Below are positions 40,655 through 50,016 of a stretch of 63,332 nucleotides of DNA, in pieces. The position numbers were made by a program, and so were the translations under genes. The notes under the pieces are model-generated. The model did not search any database. It saw nothing but the letters and a program-made list of their open reading frames with translations, and was not told the origin of the DNA. Position 1 is the first letter of the stretch, and the number at the start of each line of letters is the position of its first letter. Source of the stretch: Candidatus Woesearchaeota archaeon (lineage in GTDB: Archaea; Nanobdellota; Nanobdellia; Woesearchaeales; JAGVZT01); assembly GCA_043812815.1 (NCBI GenBank), contig JBDRLT010000026.1, positions 1 to 63,332 of the forward strand, given 5' to 3'.

Positions 40655-41198
40655 CCGTTATGTATAAATCTTCATAAAGCAATTCGTCCTCTGCAGGTAC
40701 CCCAGGTATTCTCGCAATAACCTTAAATGTACACACGTGTGTCCCTGCCTGCGCTACTTCCTTTTGGGGGGTAATTGCCAAATCGGCTTTATCATTGGCA
40801 ATAATATTGATAGAAAATGCTATGTCTTCATTAATCTTAATTAATCTCGGTCCAGGGATGGTAAATTCAAACTGATTTAATGTATCTTCGCTGCGCATAG
40901 TACAGCTACTAGGCGTTAAATTTATCAACCTATCTTCGTTATATTTATTATAAGCTCCAACCATCAGCTTTATCTCTTTGCCAATCCTCACCTTAACAAT
41001 AGATTTTGACAAAGTCATAGGATCCTCAAAAGAGGGTGGATTCTCAAGCATTGATGAAGCACCGATATCACTAACATGCTCTCCCAATGTGCCGAATATA
41101 TTTCTTGTAAAAGCCAATGCTAATCCCAAAATAGTAATGGCTATTATCAAAACAACAATCGCATTTGTAGAAAGTGACAAACTAGCTTTTTTAACCAT
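40647..41198 (-). CDS. Archaeal type IV pilin-like protein
   Basis: Class III signal peptide KKA/SLSLSTNAIVVLIIAITILG; GAGGTG SD. Confidence 0.75.
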   Translation of the reverse strand: MVKKASLSLSTNAIVVLIIAITILGLALAFTRNIFGTLGEHVSDIGASSMLENPPSFEDPMTLSKSIVKVRIGKEIKLMVGAYNKYNEDRLINLTPSSCTMRSEDTLNQFEFTIPGPRLIKINEDIAFSINIIANDKADLAITPQKEVAQAGTHVCTFKVIARIPGVPAEDELLYEDLYITVE

Positions 41199-41430
41199 TG
41201 TTACACCTCTTTTTTGTTATTAAACGTAATATGTATATCCCTTATTTAAATGTTTAAATACTTTTCGTTTATTCAGTGTTAAATTGCAGGATATTCTAAA
41301 AAAATAATTTATGCATACAATAGTTGTAACCGCTATATTGAGATATAGCTAATTTAAAGTATATATCGATCAAATCATTAAAACATTTCATTAAAAACTA
41401 CAATTTTTAATAAATAAAATATTAAATAAA

Positions 41431-41548
41431 TTAGTCAAAGACTAATTAATATAGTTAAAATAGAAATTGAATTATTTAGTCAATGAGTGGATAATATAGT
41501 TTATTTGGTACATAAACATTTTAGTCGTAAAGCAAATATATTTAGCAA
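41431..41548. repeat. Degenerate 45-bp tandem repeat (~2.6 units) downstream of xerA
   Basis: Units start TTAGTC at 41431, 41476 and 41521; the first two share TAATATAGTT. Confidence 0.5.
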
Positions 41549-42385
41549 TTACAACCCATCAAGAGGGCTTTTAATCTTTCTTAATTCATCCGTTGAAACC
41601 TTTGTATATATCTGGGTTGTCTGCAGATTTGAATGTCCAAGAAGCTCCTGAATATACCTTATACTAACTCCAGATTCCAGCAAATGCGTGGCAAAGCTAT
41701 GTCTTAAGGTGTGCGGTGTTACCCTTTTTTTTATACCCGCCTTCTTAGCCGTTTTGCTAACTATCTTTTGGACGTTCCTAGGTGAAATTGGTTCATCCAA
41801 AGCATTAGAAAAAATATACGGCCCCGAATTATCTTTTGAATATCTATTTAACTCCTTAACAAGCCTATCATTCAATAAAAACATTCTATCTTTGCCGCCT
41901 TTTCCTAACCTTACCCAGCCAAAATTATCATCAGGTTCTAGATCTCCATATTTTAGGCTTACAGCTTCTGAAACCCGCAACCCAGAGGCATACAAAAGCA
42001 TCAAAATCAACCTTGTTTTTTTTGTTGACGCAGAGTCAATTAGTCTTTTAACCTCTTCTTTAGTCAGTATTACTGGCAACTTTTTAAACATCTTTGGAGT
42101 CTTAATATTCACAATATTTTTTTTTAATACTTCATAAAAATAAAACTTCAATGCAGCCTTTGCCAAAGCAACGCTGCTCGGAGCCATACCTCTATCTGAG
42201 ATAAGAAAAGCCATATATGCCTTTATGTCTTCTTCAGCAACGTTTCTAGGCTCTTTTTTAATATATTCTAGGAATTTTGAATTTTGATAAATATAACTCT
42301 TTATAGTTCTAGGACTAAAACCTCTCAACTTAAGCTCTACTAGTAAAGCCTCTTTTACATTCATCTCTCCTCTCTTAATAACCAC
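41549..42385 (-). CDS. xerA: Site-specific tyrosine recombinase XerA
   Basis: SGLRVSE, GKGGKDR, HTLRHSFATHLLE, LLGHSNLQTTQIY; no IntI-specific insertion. Confidence 0.93.
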   Translation of the reverse strand: MVIKRGEMNVKEALLVELKLRGFSPRTIKSYIYQNSKFLEYIKKEPRNVAEEDIKAYMAFLISDRGMAPSSVALAKAALKFYFYEVLKKNIVNIKTPKMFKKLPVILTKEEVKRLIDSASTKKTRLILMLLYASGLRVSEAVSLKYGDLEPDDNFGWVRLGKGGKDRMFLLNDRLVKELNRYSKDNSGPYIFSNALDEPISPRNVQKIVSKTAKKAGIKKRVTPHTLRHSFATHLLESGVSIRYIQELLGHSNLQTTQIYTKVSTDELRKIKSPLDGL

Positions 42386-43392
42386 TGAATTCTTGGATTC
42401 TCTTTATATAAACCTTTTGGGCCAGTAAGCATTTGCACTCCTTCACGGATTCTCAGAGTACAGGAATACGCATCATTAGGAATTAGTAGTCTTTTACCCT
42501 TCTCTCTAAGTGAACTATCACCAGATTTCTGCACTTCCCAAGTAACATCTTCCCCTCCTAAAAAATACCATTGTGCCCTAATGGCATTTTCAACATCTTC
42601 GCATAACCGACATCCGCACTCTTCAGTAGGCTGGTCAAATAGAATATAAACCACATCTGGCCCAACCTTGACTGCTTCACACACAGTCATTACTTCTAAC
42701 CATGTATCTAGTAATTGTCCCAGCTTGATTTCGCACCAATGATTTTTGGCTACCCATTGCGTAATATTCCTTATGTACGTGGGGAATCTTACAGGAGATC
42801 TCGGTTTTAGTTGTGATTCGTGCCCTACTCTACTTGCGCATCTTGCTATTGCAGCACCAAGATGATCTGACATCCATATACAGTTTTTTACTGGATTATA
42901 GTCTGAAGGTATATTACCAAGTTTTTCATCTAAAGCTGATAATGCGAAATTACCAAATAGAAGTGGGCTTGTTTCAGGGCAACTACTAACAGAGTTTGGC
43001 ACTACCCACTCCACCCTTCTACTTTCCTCATGCCAGCCGGCAAAATATAAAAAAGCATCAGCTACCAAAAAGGGCATTGTCCAGCCGGACCCGTAGTACC
43101 AAGGGAAAATATGCTGCTTTGCCCTTTGTTCAGGAGTCATAAAAGCATTTTCTAGCTCATGTAATCCCCATATGCTTATTGGCCTTTGGCCATGATTTTT
43201 CCAATCAGATATAGTATCTTCGGTGGGCATTTCAAATACTGGATAAGGTTGACCACTTTCCAGCAACTCCTCCAAAATTCCAAAATGATCCGCATAAGAC
43301 AAACCATAGTCATAGGCATCTTGACCATATTGCCCATGGAAGTCTAAATAAGAGATTAACAACTCTTGCGCATGTTCATTTGGTCTAGGCAT
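42361..43392 (-). CDS. Orphan hypothetical protein
   Basis: Open frame of 343 aa between xerA and the dif-like site. Confidence 0.6.
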   Translation of the reverse strand: MPRPNEHAQELLISYLDFHGQYGQDAYDYGLSYADHFGILEELLESGQPYPVFEMPTEDTISDWKNHGQRPISIWGLHELENAFMTPEQRAKQHIFPWYYGSGWTMPFLVADAFLYFAGWHEESRRVEWVVPNSVSSCPETSPLLFGNFALSALDEKLGNIPSDYNPVKNCIWMSDHLGAAIARCASRVGHESQLKPRSPVRFPTYIRNITQWVAKNHWCEIKLGQLLDTWLEVMTVCEAVKVGPDVVYILFDQPTEECGCRLCEDVENAIRAQWYFLGGEDVTWEVQKSGDSSLREKGKRLLIPNDAYSCTLRIREGVQMLTGPKGLYKENPRIQWLLREER

Positions 43393-43492
43393 TTTATATC
43401 ACCATCAGAAATCACATCTTTTAATCAAAAAGGTCAGGTTATGACCCAAAATTATTACACTTTGCACCAGATAATCAATTCATATATAAAAA

Positions 43493-43520
43493 TGTTCGTA
43501 TAATGTATCTTATACGAACT
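43493..43520. other. dif-like XerA recombination site (11-6-11), strongly loxP-like
   Basis: TGTTCGTATAA-TGTATC-TTATACGAACT; arms 10/11 palindromic; ~1.1 kb from xerA. Confidence 0.85.
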
Positions 43521-43567
43521 AATAGCCTTAATACCAAAATCCAAGGCTTCCGCCCCGAAATTCTGGA

Positions 43568-44476
43568 CTAAACATGTGGATAAGCCTCTAATGGGACCGG
43601 AATGTTACCGGCTCCACAATCATTACATATCGGGATTGGCGATAACAAGTATGCTCTACCAACACGGTCACCTAGACTTGGTGGGAAATTCGCCTTTTTA
43701 ATAGCATACATCACTGCAGCCGCATCCAATAAAGCGCTTCCGCAACCACAGTCAAGTAATTCCAATACGGCTGTTTCCGGCTGCCAAATAGTTGTTGCTC
43801 TACCTTCAGCCAAATCAAACACCCTAGCGTCTGGTAGTTTATCAGCACCAAAATATACCACAACTTGAGCCTGTCTAACCATTTCTTTAAATGGTCCATG
43901 GGTTGAATCACCCAATAGTTGAACAACAGTATCTAATCCAACCTTACCTGCCAAACTAGCAATGCCCGGTGTTACCATGGCTCTTACCCCAAGCAAGGTA
44001 CATTGACCGACATGCTGACCATATAGAGCAAAAACAAAGTCACGGATCAGCTCTGCATCGGAATACGCTAGATTGAATGGTAAAGATATGCTGCCTTGGT
44101 CATCAGTTTGAAGGCTAACCTGTAATATCTGGCTTTCAAAAATAGCCCTCCTGGCAGCTTGAATATTAAAAGCAGTTTCATTGATGCCAATTACTTGACC
44201 CTCTAACCCCTTGTTACAGTATATAATAGTATGTTGTTTCCCATCTATTATTTGCATCGATTCTTGTCCATTCTCATAATACGCAAGCAATCTTGTACCG
44301 GCGGTCGCTAATAAGGGATTTGCCAGCTGTTGGTTTGCAACAACTGTTGCAAATCCATTTCGATGCCTTAGCTGGTCAAATTGAGCCTGTGACAGGCTTT
44401 CTGCATCAATAAAATCGCCACCAGACTTCCACACAAGGGGTAAGAACAAATTATGAAATATCGGACCTGTTCTCAT
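43568..44476 (-). CDS. Orphan hypothetical protein
   Basis: Open frame of 302 aa with TATA at ~44500; ends ~50 bp from the dif-like site. Confidence 0.6.
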   Translation of the reverse strand: MRTGPIFHNLFLPLVWKSGGDFIDAESLSQAQFDQLRHRNGFATVVANQQLANPLLATAGTRLLAYYENGQESMQIIDGKQHTIIYCNKGLEGQVIGINETAFNIQAARRAIFESQILQVSLQTDDQGSISLPFNLAYSDAELIRDFVFALYGQHVGQCTLLGVRAMVTPGIASLAGKVGLDTVVQLLGDSTHGPFKEMVRQAQVVVYFGADKLPDARVFDLAEGRATTIWQPETAVLELLDCGCGSALLDAAAVMYAIKKANFPPSLGDRVGRAYLLSPIPICNDCGAGNIPVPLEAYPHV

Positions 44477-44797
44477 GGCTGGTGGAGGTTTTGTTTAATA
44501 TTTAAATATTGTGTTGTGTTTATTATCATACAGTTACAAAAAAATTGTAATTTAATCAGTATTATGTATGTTTTGCTTAAATATTATGATCAAATTACTG
44601 CTTAAAATGATTAAGCTTAAGCCGTATGTTTTAGTTTTATAAAAAGCTAAAAATATTAAGCGATTATTAATAACTTTAGTAATGTTATTGCAATATTTAA
44701 AAAACAATGCAAAGTGTATGTTATAATACATTCTTTGTAAGCTACAATTCCCAAAAAATAATAACCTTTATATATAAATGACCATACACTTTTTTAT

Positions 44798-44929
44798 ATG
44801 CCAAAAGCCTATAAATTGTTCAGGTTGTGTAAGGGGTGCGGGCAGAAGTTTGTGGTGAAACATAAGCTGAGGCTGTATTGCGACAAATGCAGACAAAGGG
44901 CCAAGGAAGCCAAAAGCAAGAAAAAATGA
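44798..44929 (+). CDS. Small basic zinc-finger protein (43 aa; absent from the ORF track)
   Basis: MPKAYKLFRLCKGCGQKFVVKHKLRLYCDKCRQRAKEAKSKKK; TATA at ~44768; ATGA overlap with the next gene. Confidence 0.75.
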   Translation: MPKAYKLFRLCKGCGQKFVVKHKLRLYCDKCRQRAKEAKSKKK

Positions 44930-45234
44930 TTATAACTGTTGTTAGGGGATGTCCTCTGTGTAATGGAGACGTCAAGGGCAACAGAGAAGCCAAATTCTAT
45001 TGTAAATTATGTAATATATTGTTTATAGAAATTGAGCTGAATAGAAAGGGTAAGTTTGTTGGAAGGCTGGTCCCTGGCTCACCTTTTTTGGCCAGCTATG
45101 AGTCTAAGGTCTATCATACTGGGAAATGCCATTTAGTCAAAAACATAAGCAAGAACAACCTGATCTATTTTTGTGACAAAAAAGAGACTAGACAGTATGG
45201 TTACCGTAAATGTAAGCTGTGTCAACCTAAGTAA
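44926..45234 (+). CDS. Zn-ribbon plus Ada metal-binding-like domain protein
   Basis: CPLC...CKLC; ASYESKVYHTGKC...YRKCKLCQP. Confidence 0.75.
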   Translation: MIITVVRGCPLCNGDVKGNREAKFYCKLCNILFIEIELNRKGKFVGRLVPGSPFLASYESKVYHTGKCHLVKNISKNNLIYFCDKKETRQYGYRKCKLCQPK

Positions 45235-45935
45235 CTAAGCTGCTTGGCATCACGCAATTGGCTCGCCTGATTTCCAGAAGTGATAATTTTCTTGAGCTTA
45301 TCCTCAAACTTCTTAGCAGTATCCAGCAAAGGTTTTGGATCTACTTTTAGGTCTAGATAACCGTCAAGGATTTCAATAATCTTTGCAGCAGCCTTACTGT
45401 CTGGCAGCTGGGTGTGGGTTTCAGCAAAAACGCAGCTGATAGGCACATTTTTAAGCTTTAAAAGCAAAGCTGAAGTGACCCCCATTATTATGCCCTCCTT
45501 TAAAGGGGCAACCCCAAGTTGCTTAAATTTATGTATACATTCCGCATTATTTGCAAAGTAGAAAGTTCTTGATGTATCTGGGGACTCTGTAGAACCCACT
45601 CCTTCAACGCTTATAACCTCTTTGGCTTTTAGTTCATCCACCAAACTCACAATATAGTCAGCAAGCCTCCATTCCTGACCATGTGGTGTGTTCAATGCAT
45701 GCACAATTACTAAGTTATGCTTTTTGTTATAAAAAATGCCCAGAGGTTCTACAAGCTTGTTTTCGTGAATGGCTACCATTGCTGGTGTTTCTTCCAGCAA
45801 AACCCTGCCAATCTGCTCAGTCTCAAGGTGTTCTAGCAAGAATTCAGTTGTAATAGTCCCCACAAGCCCAAAACCAGGGAAGCCCTGCAAAATTGTAGGG
45901 TTCTTCGGCCTCTTTTTTAACTCGATATCCACCAT
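45222..45935 (-). CDS. PAC2-family proteasome assembly chaperone
   Basis: GFPGFGLVG and PDSKAAA motifs; C-terminal YLG. Confidence 0.88.
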   Translation of the reverse strand: MVDIELKKRPKNPTILQGFPGFGLVGTITTEFLLEHLETEQIGRVLLEETPAMVAIHENKLVEPLGIFYNKKHNLVIVHALNTPHGQEWRLADYIVSLVDELKAKEVISVEGVGSTESPDTSRTFYFANNAECIHKFKQLGVAPLKEGIIMGVTSALLLKLKNVPISCVFAETHTQLPDSKAAAKIIEILDGYLDLKVDPKPLLDTAKKFEDKLKKIITSGNQASQLRDAKQLSYLG

Positions 45936-46057
45936 CTTTTGTTTTTAATAAATCGCTCATATAAAAAGGTTGCTAATTTCAGCAGTGATTATATTGGCCA
46001 GCTGTTCAAGGCTTATGCACCAGAAACCTATGAAAAAAGCCCTGTTTACCAGCATTT

Positions 46058-46516
46058 CTAGCTGCGGATTTTCTTTGCCAAGGCTGCAAGCTTCTTAGCA
46101 TCAGCTCTGAGCGAATCATGACTTGATATGTAGCCTTCATAGTTTTTAAAGTACCTGTTCATATCAACAGAATGCACTGGTCTCCACTCTTTCAGATCCT
46201 TAGTGCCATGCAAAGGAAATAGTTTTGTGTGAAGATGGTTCACACCCATTCCTTCAAAAATCAGTCCTGTCCTGCCAACATCACTGAGCTTGCTATCAAG
46301 TAGCTTAGCCACCTTTTTTGATGCAATCACAAGATCTGATATTACCTTATCATCCTGGTCGAACGCATAACTTGGATAATGCTTCTTTGTGGCCACTACA
46401 GAAAAACCTTCAGTGTTTGGAAATATTGACAGAAAGGCAATATGCTTGTCATCTTCCCATATTTTGTGGCATGGCAAATCCCCTGCAACGATCTTGCAGA
46501 AGACACAGTCATTCAT
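46058..46516 (-). CDS. HIT family hydrolase
   Basis: DCVFCKIV; VNHLHTKL (variant HxHxK). Confidence 0.9.
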   Translation of the reverse strand: MNDCVFCKIVAGDLPCHKIWEDDKHIAFLSIFPNTEGFSVVATKKHYPSYAFDQDDKVISDLVIASKKVAKLLDSKLSDVGRTGLIFEGMGVNHLHTKLFPLHGTKDLKEWRPVHSVDMNRYFKNYEGYISSHDSLRADAKKLAALAKKIRS

Positions 46517-47153
46517 TCAATGCCTCTTCTAGTTGCTTTAAGTTCATTATCTTTGGAGTAAACTCGCGCCTAGCTGTGCGATCAATCAATATAGCGCTAA
46601 TCCCTGCGTTCTTTGCACCAGTCATATCTGATTCAATACTGTCACCTACCATCACCACATCAGAAGCTGAAAGCTTCAGTTTCTCCAAGGCAATATTAAA
46701 CATTTCTGGCTTTGATTTCAACATCCCAACCTCAAAAGATAGGACCATTTCTTTAAAATACTTGGCCATATCATATTTTTCTAAAACCGCCTGCACTGAG
46801 AAGCAGTCTGTGTTGGATATTAGCACAAGTTCATACTTTTTTTGGAGTTTTTCTAGGATTTCAATTGTCTCTGGAAATGGTTTAGCCAGGAGCTTATTCT
46901 TGTTCCACATACCCACTAGACTGTCAAGGATGTACTTATTTGGAGTAATTTTAAATTCCTCGCACACACTCTCAAAAGCCTTATATAAATCATCATAATG
47001 CTTAATCATAAAGGCTCTCTCAAATTGGATTATAAATAGAGGAAACGGCAACTTTTGGAGTCTTAGGATCTGTTTAGCCTGCCTTACAGGACTGGGAAAC
47101 ACACCATTCTCTACTAATGTACCCCAAAAATCAAAGAAGATTGCTTTTACCAT
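46509..47153 (-). CDS. HAD-superfamily hydrolase
   Basis: FDFWGTL, SN, K and VGDSIESD motifs. Confidence 0.9.
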   Translation of the reverse strand: MVKAIFFDFWGTLVENGVFPSPVRQAKQILRLQKLPFPLFIIQFERAFMIKHYDDLYKAFESVCEEFKITPNKYILDSLVGMWNKNKLLAKPFPETIEILEKLQKKYELVLISNTDCFSVQAVLEKYDMAKYFKEMVLSFEVGMLKSKPEMFNIALEKLKLSASDVVMVGDSIESDMTGAKNAGISAILIDRTARREFTPKIMNLKQLEEALNE

Positions 47154-47228
47154 CCCCGTCTTCAGGGGTGTTAGACTATTATATAAATGTTTGGCTACGC
47201 AAGGTTTTTATACTGGTAATTTTTTACT

Positions 47229-47570
47229 ATGGTGATGGAAAAGGAGCAATGCTTTTTTACGAATGATGGAAAAGTGCTGAGTAACCTTCAGGAGCTGCAT
47301 GAGGCATTGAAGGGCATGGATGAAGGTACTTTTAGGCATCATGTGAATCCTAATAAGAATGATTTTGCCAACTGGATAAGAGATGTAATATGTAAGAAAG
47401 CCTTGGCAAATAAGGTGGCTAAAACTAATAGCATGGCTGAGATGCAGGAAGTGTTGGTAGCAAGTTTAAAAACTAAAGGAAAAGGATATTTCTCACAGCT
47501 AGAAAAAGCTGTAATGGCTAATAAGCTCCCTGAGAACTTGTTACAAGAGATGAGGGATCACTGGCTATAA
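47229..47570 (+). CDS. DUF5752-like domain protein
   Basis: FFTNDG...FRHHVNPNKNDFANWIRDV. Confidence 0.7.
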   Translation: MVMEKEQCFFTNDGKVLSNLQELHEALKGMDEGTFRHHVNPNKNDFANWIRDVICKKALANKVAKTNSMAEMQEVLVASLKTKGKGYFSQLEKAVMANKLPENLLQEMRDHWL

Positions 47571-48596
47571 CCAGAGGCTTAATTGGTCTGGATGACGGGG
47601 AGTTAATTTAGGCTGTGGTTTTTTCAACCCTGTTTTTGCAGCAATCAATTCTGCAAGCTCAACACCTTCAAGAGAAGCCCAATTTAGTGGCATACCTTGT
47701 GACTGCTCATCCCGGTAAACAATTCTTCCAGAGCCGTTTAAGCCAGTGTAATGCGGGCAGGGCACCTGATACTCACACCATTGGCATCTATTTTGATATG
47801 GATGAGGCGGCCATCTTTCCTGGCCTTGCCAAAAAGCAATGCTCTCCGCAGCTTCTAATACTTCTTTCTGCAAAACCGAGAGATTTAGCTCTCGAGCATC
47901 AAGTTGGATATATTGATAGCCTTTGGGCTGCCTAGGATTATAAATTGCAAGTTTAAGTACACCCACATAATCTCTTAATGCAAAGGTATACATCCTGAAC
48001 TGAGCAGAATTTCTTATGTCGCTTTCTGCTGGCGGCCTGGAGCCTGTCTTGTAGTCCACTACAAGTATTTGTGAGAGGTTTGGACTCAACGCCATTTGGT
48101 CACCTTGCACCCAGTCCAAGCCTTGTGTTACAAAGATGGCATCAACTCTGGCTGACAGTTCCAATCCATTCATTTCTGAAAGCAGTGGATGCTCTAAAGC
48201 CCATGGCCTTTTCTGGCTTTTCCTTCTAGCCTCAAAAAATTGGCGCATGGCAATTTTTGCCAAAGCTTCATTCTCCCGAATACTAAAAGGAGAGTATTCT
48301 CGCTGTAACATTTCAGAATCACCATAAAGAGCCAGCCAGGGGTTGATATGCAATTTCAAGGCTTCCTCTACTCTTCGTCTAAGAAACCAGGTGAAAGCAA
48401 CTACAAAGGTACTTGCATCAGTCCACCTTTTGGTATAATAATCATGCATCTGCCGATGCATTACCGCACCTGTAACTGGTTCAATGCTTTGGGGTATGTT
48501 TAATTCATGCTGCCAGACATTCCCGAGAAAATACCTAAAAGGGCACTTTATCTCTGTGAGTAATGTCGGTGTTATTGGCGGCGCCACTGCACTCAT
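47565..48596 (-). CDS. Divergent PD-(D/E)XK nuclease (RecB/AddB/Cas4-like) with a 4-Cys Fe-S staple
   Basis: CPFRY...G..MH, E, RVD, VVDYKTG, Q..MY and CQWCEYQVPC motifs. Confidence 0.8.
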   Translation of the reverse strand: MSAVAPPITPTLLTEIKCPFRYFLGNVWQHELNIPQSIEPVTGAVMHRQMHDYYTKRWTDASTFVVAFTWFLRRRVEEALKLHINPWLALYGDSEMLQREYSPFSIRENEALAKIAMRQFFEARRKSQKRPWALEHPLLSEMNGLELSARVDAIFVTQGLDWVQGDQMALSPNLSQILVVDYKTGSRPPAESDIRNSAQFRMYTFALRDYVGVLKLAIYNPRQPKGYQYIQLDARELNLSVLQKEVLEAAESIAFWQGQERWPPHPYQNRCQWCEYQVPCPHYTGLNGSGRIVYRDEQSQGMPLNWASLEGVELAELIAAKTGLKKPQPKLTPRHPDQLSLWL

Positions 48597-48655
48597 AGAG
48601 ATCAGTTTTTAAAAAACTCTCGAGTTTAAAATATTTCATATTCAATGGGGAGTGA

Positions 48656-49960
48656 TTACAACTTAAGAAAGCGCGTTTTGCGTTTTGCATACTGGACAGG
48701 GTTTTTTATTTTACTGCAAAGATTATCTGGTTTGCAGATGCCTATATCGAGATAATACATTAGGTTTTGGCAGTTTGGAGGCATAATCACTTGCTTCCTC
48801 TGTTTGCTATACCTTAACTGGCCCTTGGTTATTGTTTCTCTTAAAGGCTCATTGTTTTTTTGGTTCCATTCTGAAACAAGCTCTTCAATTTGGTCGGTGC
48901 TCCAGCCAACACATCCAAGAAAATTCTGAAGGCTGAATAAGAACCTCTTTCTGCCGTCAATTAGGCCTTGCAGGCCAATTTTGATGCATGGAGGGAAGAA
49001 TTGCTCAGGGATAGCCACTTCAGGGATTTCTACTGGCTTTGTCTCTGTTGCTACATACCTTTTGATGTTGTAATCAAGAGCTTGCACAAGGAGCTGCTTG
49101 CCCTCGCCTGCATTAATATTCTTCTGGTCAAGGAACTTGTATTTTGACACCTTGACATTTTCTGGCTTGGCCACCAGCTTGTTGAATTGCAGGACCCTGT
49201 CCGGGTTTATTGGAATAGACACTAGTTGTGATTTTTCATGGAGCGAGTAAGGCATTCTGTACATGTGCCTGCTGGAAATTAGGATGGTGTCAATCTGTAG
49301 AAAAGAGTCTAGGTTCAGAGTCTGAACACTTAAGCCTTGGCGGCTCTTTGTACTTACAATTTCCTGGGGAGTCTTCCCTGTTTTTTTGGCGATAATTGCA
49401 AAGTCATTTTTTTCAAATTGCAGAATCTGGTTTGCCAACTCTTGCTTGATCATATCTCTTAGATACAGAGCAATGGCTCTAGCACCTTCAGGAAAAAGCC
49501 CGACTATGCTTTTGCCATTCACTTCAGAAGGAAAGGCCTCAAATGGCACCCCTATGTGAAACCCTTTGTTTCCTGAATATTTGCAGCTTACAGCCATAAT
49601 GTTGTAGAATTTTAGGGCTTTAACCAACAAGTCGGCAGCTATCTGCGAGTATTCTAAAACCGCACAATCAATATCAAGGACTAAGTCCCACCCGCTCCTT
49701 AGAGTATCAAGATCTTTTTTGCTCATAGACACATCTAATTGCAGTGGGTTCTGCCAGAGTTCTTCTGAGCAATGAAATGAGCTTGCCCCCTGTTTTGCTG
49801 CTTCCAGCACATCAGCTGGGTATTTCAGGCTGTCTGGCCTTTTGCCAAAGCCTTTGTCCCCATATCTTATAGCGATTTCCCGCTCTTTGCTGTGTTCCAG
49901 GATCGCTTTCTGGATTTCAGGGCGTTTGTAGTGTTTTAATGCCTTACTAAGCAGGATCAT
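48656..49960 (-). CDS. Fused archaeal DNA primase (PriS catalytic domain plus PriL Fe-S C-terminal domain)
   Basis: WDLVLDID, SGNKGFHI, HMYRMPYSLHEKS; PPCI...PPNC...C...C..KNP. Confidence 0.92.
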   Translation of the reverse strand: MILLSKALKHYKRPEIQKAILEHSKEREIAIRYGDKGFGKRPDSLKYPADVLEAAKQGASSFHCSEELWQNPLQLDVSMSKKDLDTLRSGWDLVLDIDCAVLEYSQIAADLLVKALKFYNIMAVSCKYSGNKGFHIGVPFEAFPSEVNGKSIVGLFPEGARAIALYLRDMIKQELANQILQFEKNDFAIIAKKTGKTPQEIVSTKSRQGLSVQTLNLDSFLQIDTILISSRHMYRMPYSLHEKSQLVSIPINPDRVLQFNKLVAKPENVKVSKYKFLDQKNINAGEGKQLLVQALDYNIKRYVATETKPVEIPEVAIPEQFFPPCIKIGLQGLIDGRKRFLFSLQNFLGCVGWSTDQIEELVSEWNQKNNEPLRETITKGQLRYSKQRKQVIMPPNCQNLMYYLDIGICKPDNLCSKIKNPVQYAKRKTRFLKL

Positions 49961-50016
49961 AACGATAAGGTGCGCTCCTTTAGTTTTTATATTTTGTTAA
50001 ACGAAAACTTGAAATA

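Noticed and set aside
41549-42385. Integron integrase
   Set aside because: Lacks the IntI-specific insertion and no attC-like sites were recognised; fits XerA
43490-43523. Cloning-vector loxP contamination
   Set aside because: Seven differences from loxP including a symmetric compensatory change, native-looking flanks and proximity to xerA
43720-43780. SAM-binding motif I (LLDCGCGS) in the 302-aa orphan
   Set aside because: Too close to the C-terminus to be followed by a Rossmann methyltransferase fold; probably chance
46318-46998. 226-aa plus-strand ORF and similar long antisense ORFs elsewhere
   Set aside because: Antisense shadows of well-supported genes (HIT/HAD, PPDK, XerA, HtpX)
47565-48596. 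Cas4 / CRISPR-Cas system
   Set aside because: No cas1/cas2 and no repeat-spacer array seen in the window; treated as a solo PD-(D/E)XK nuclease
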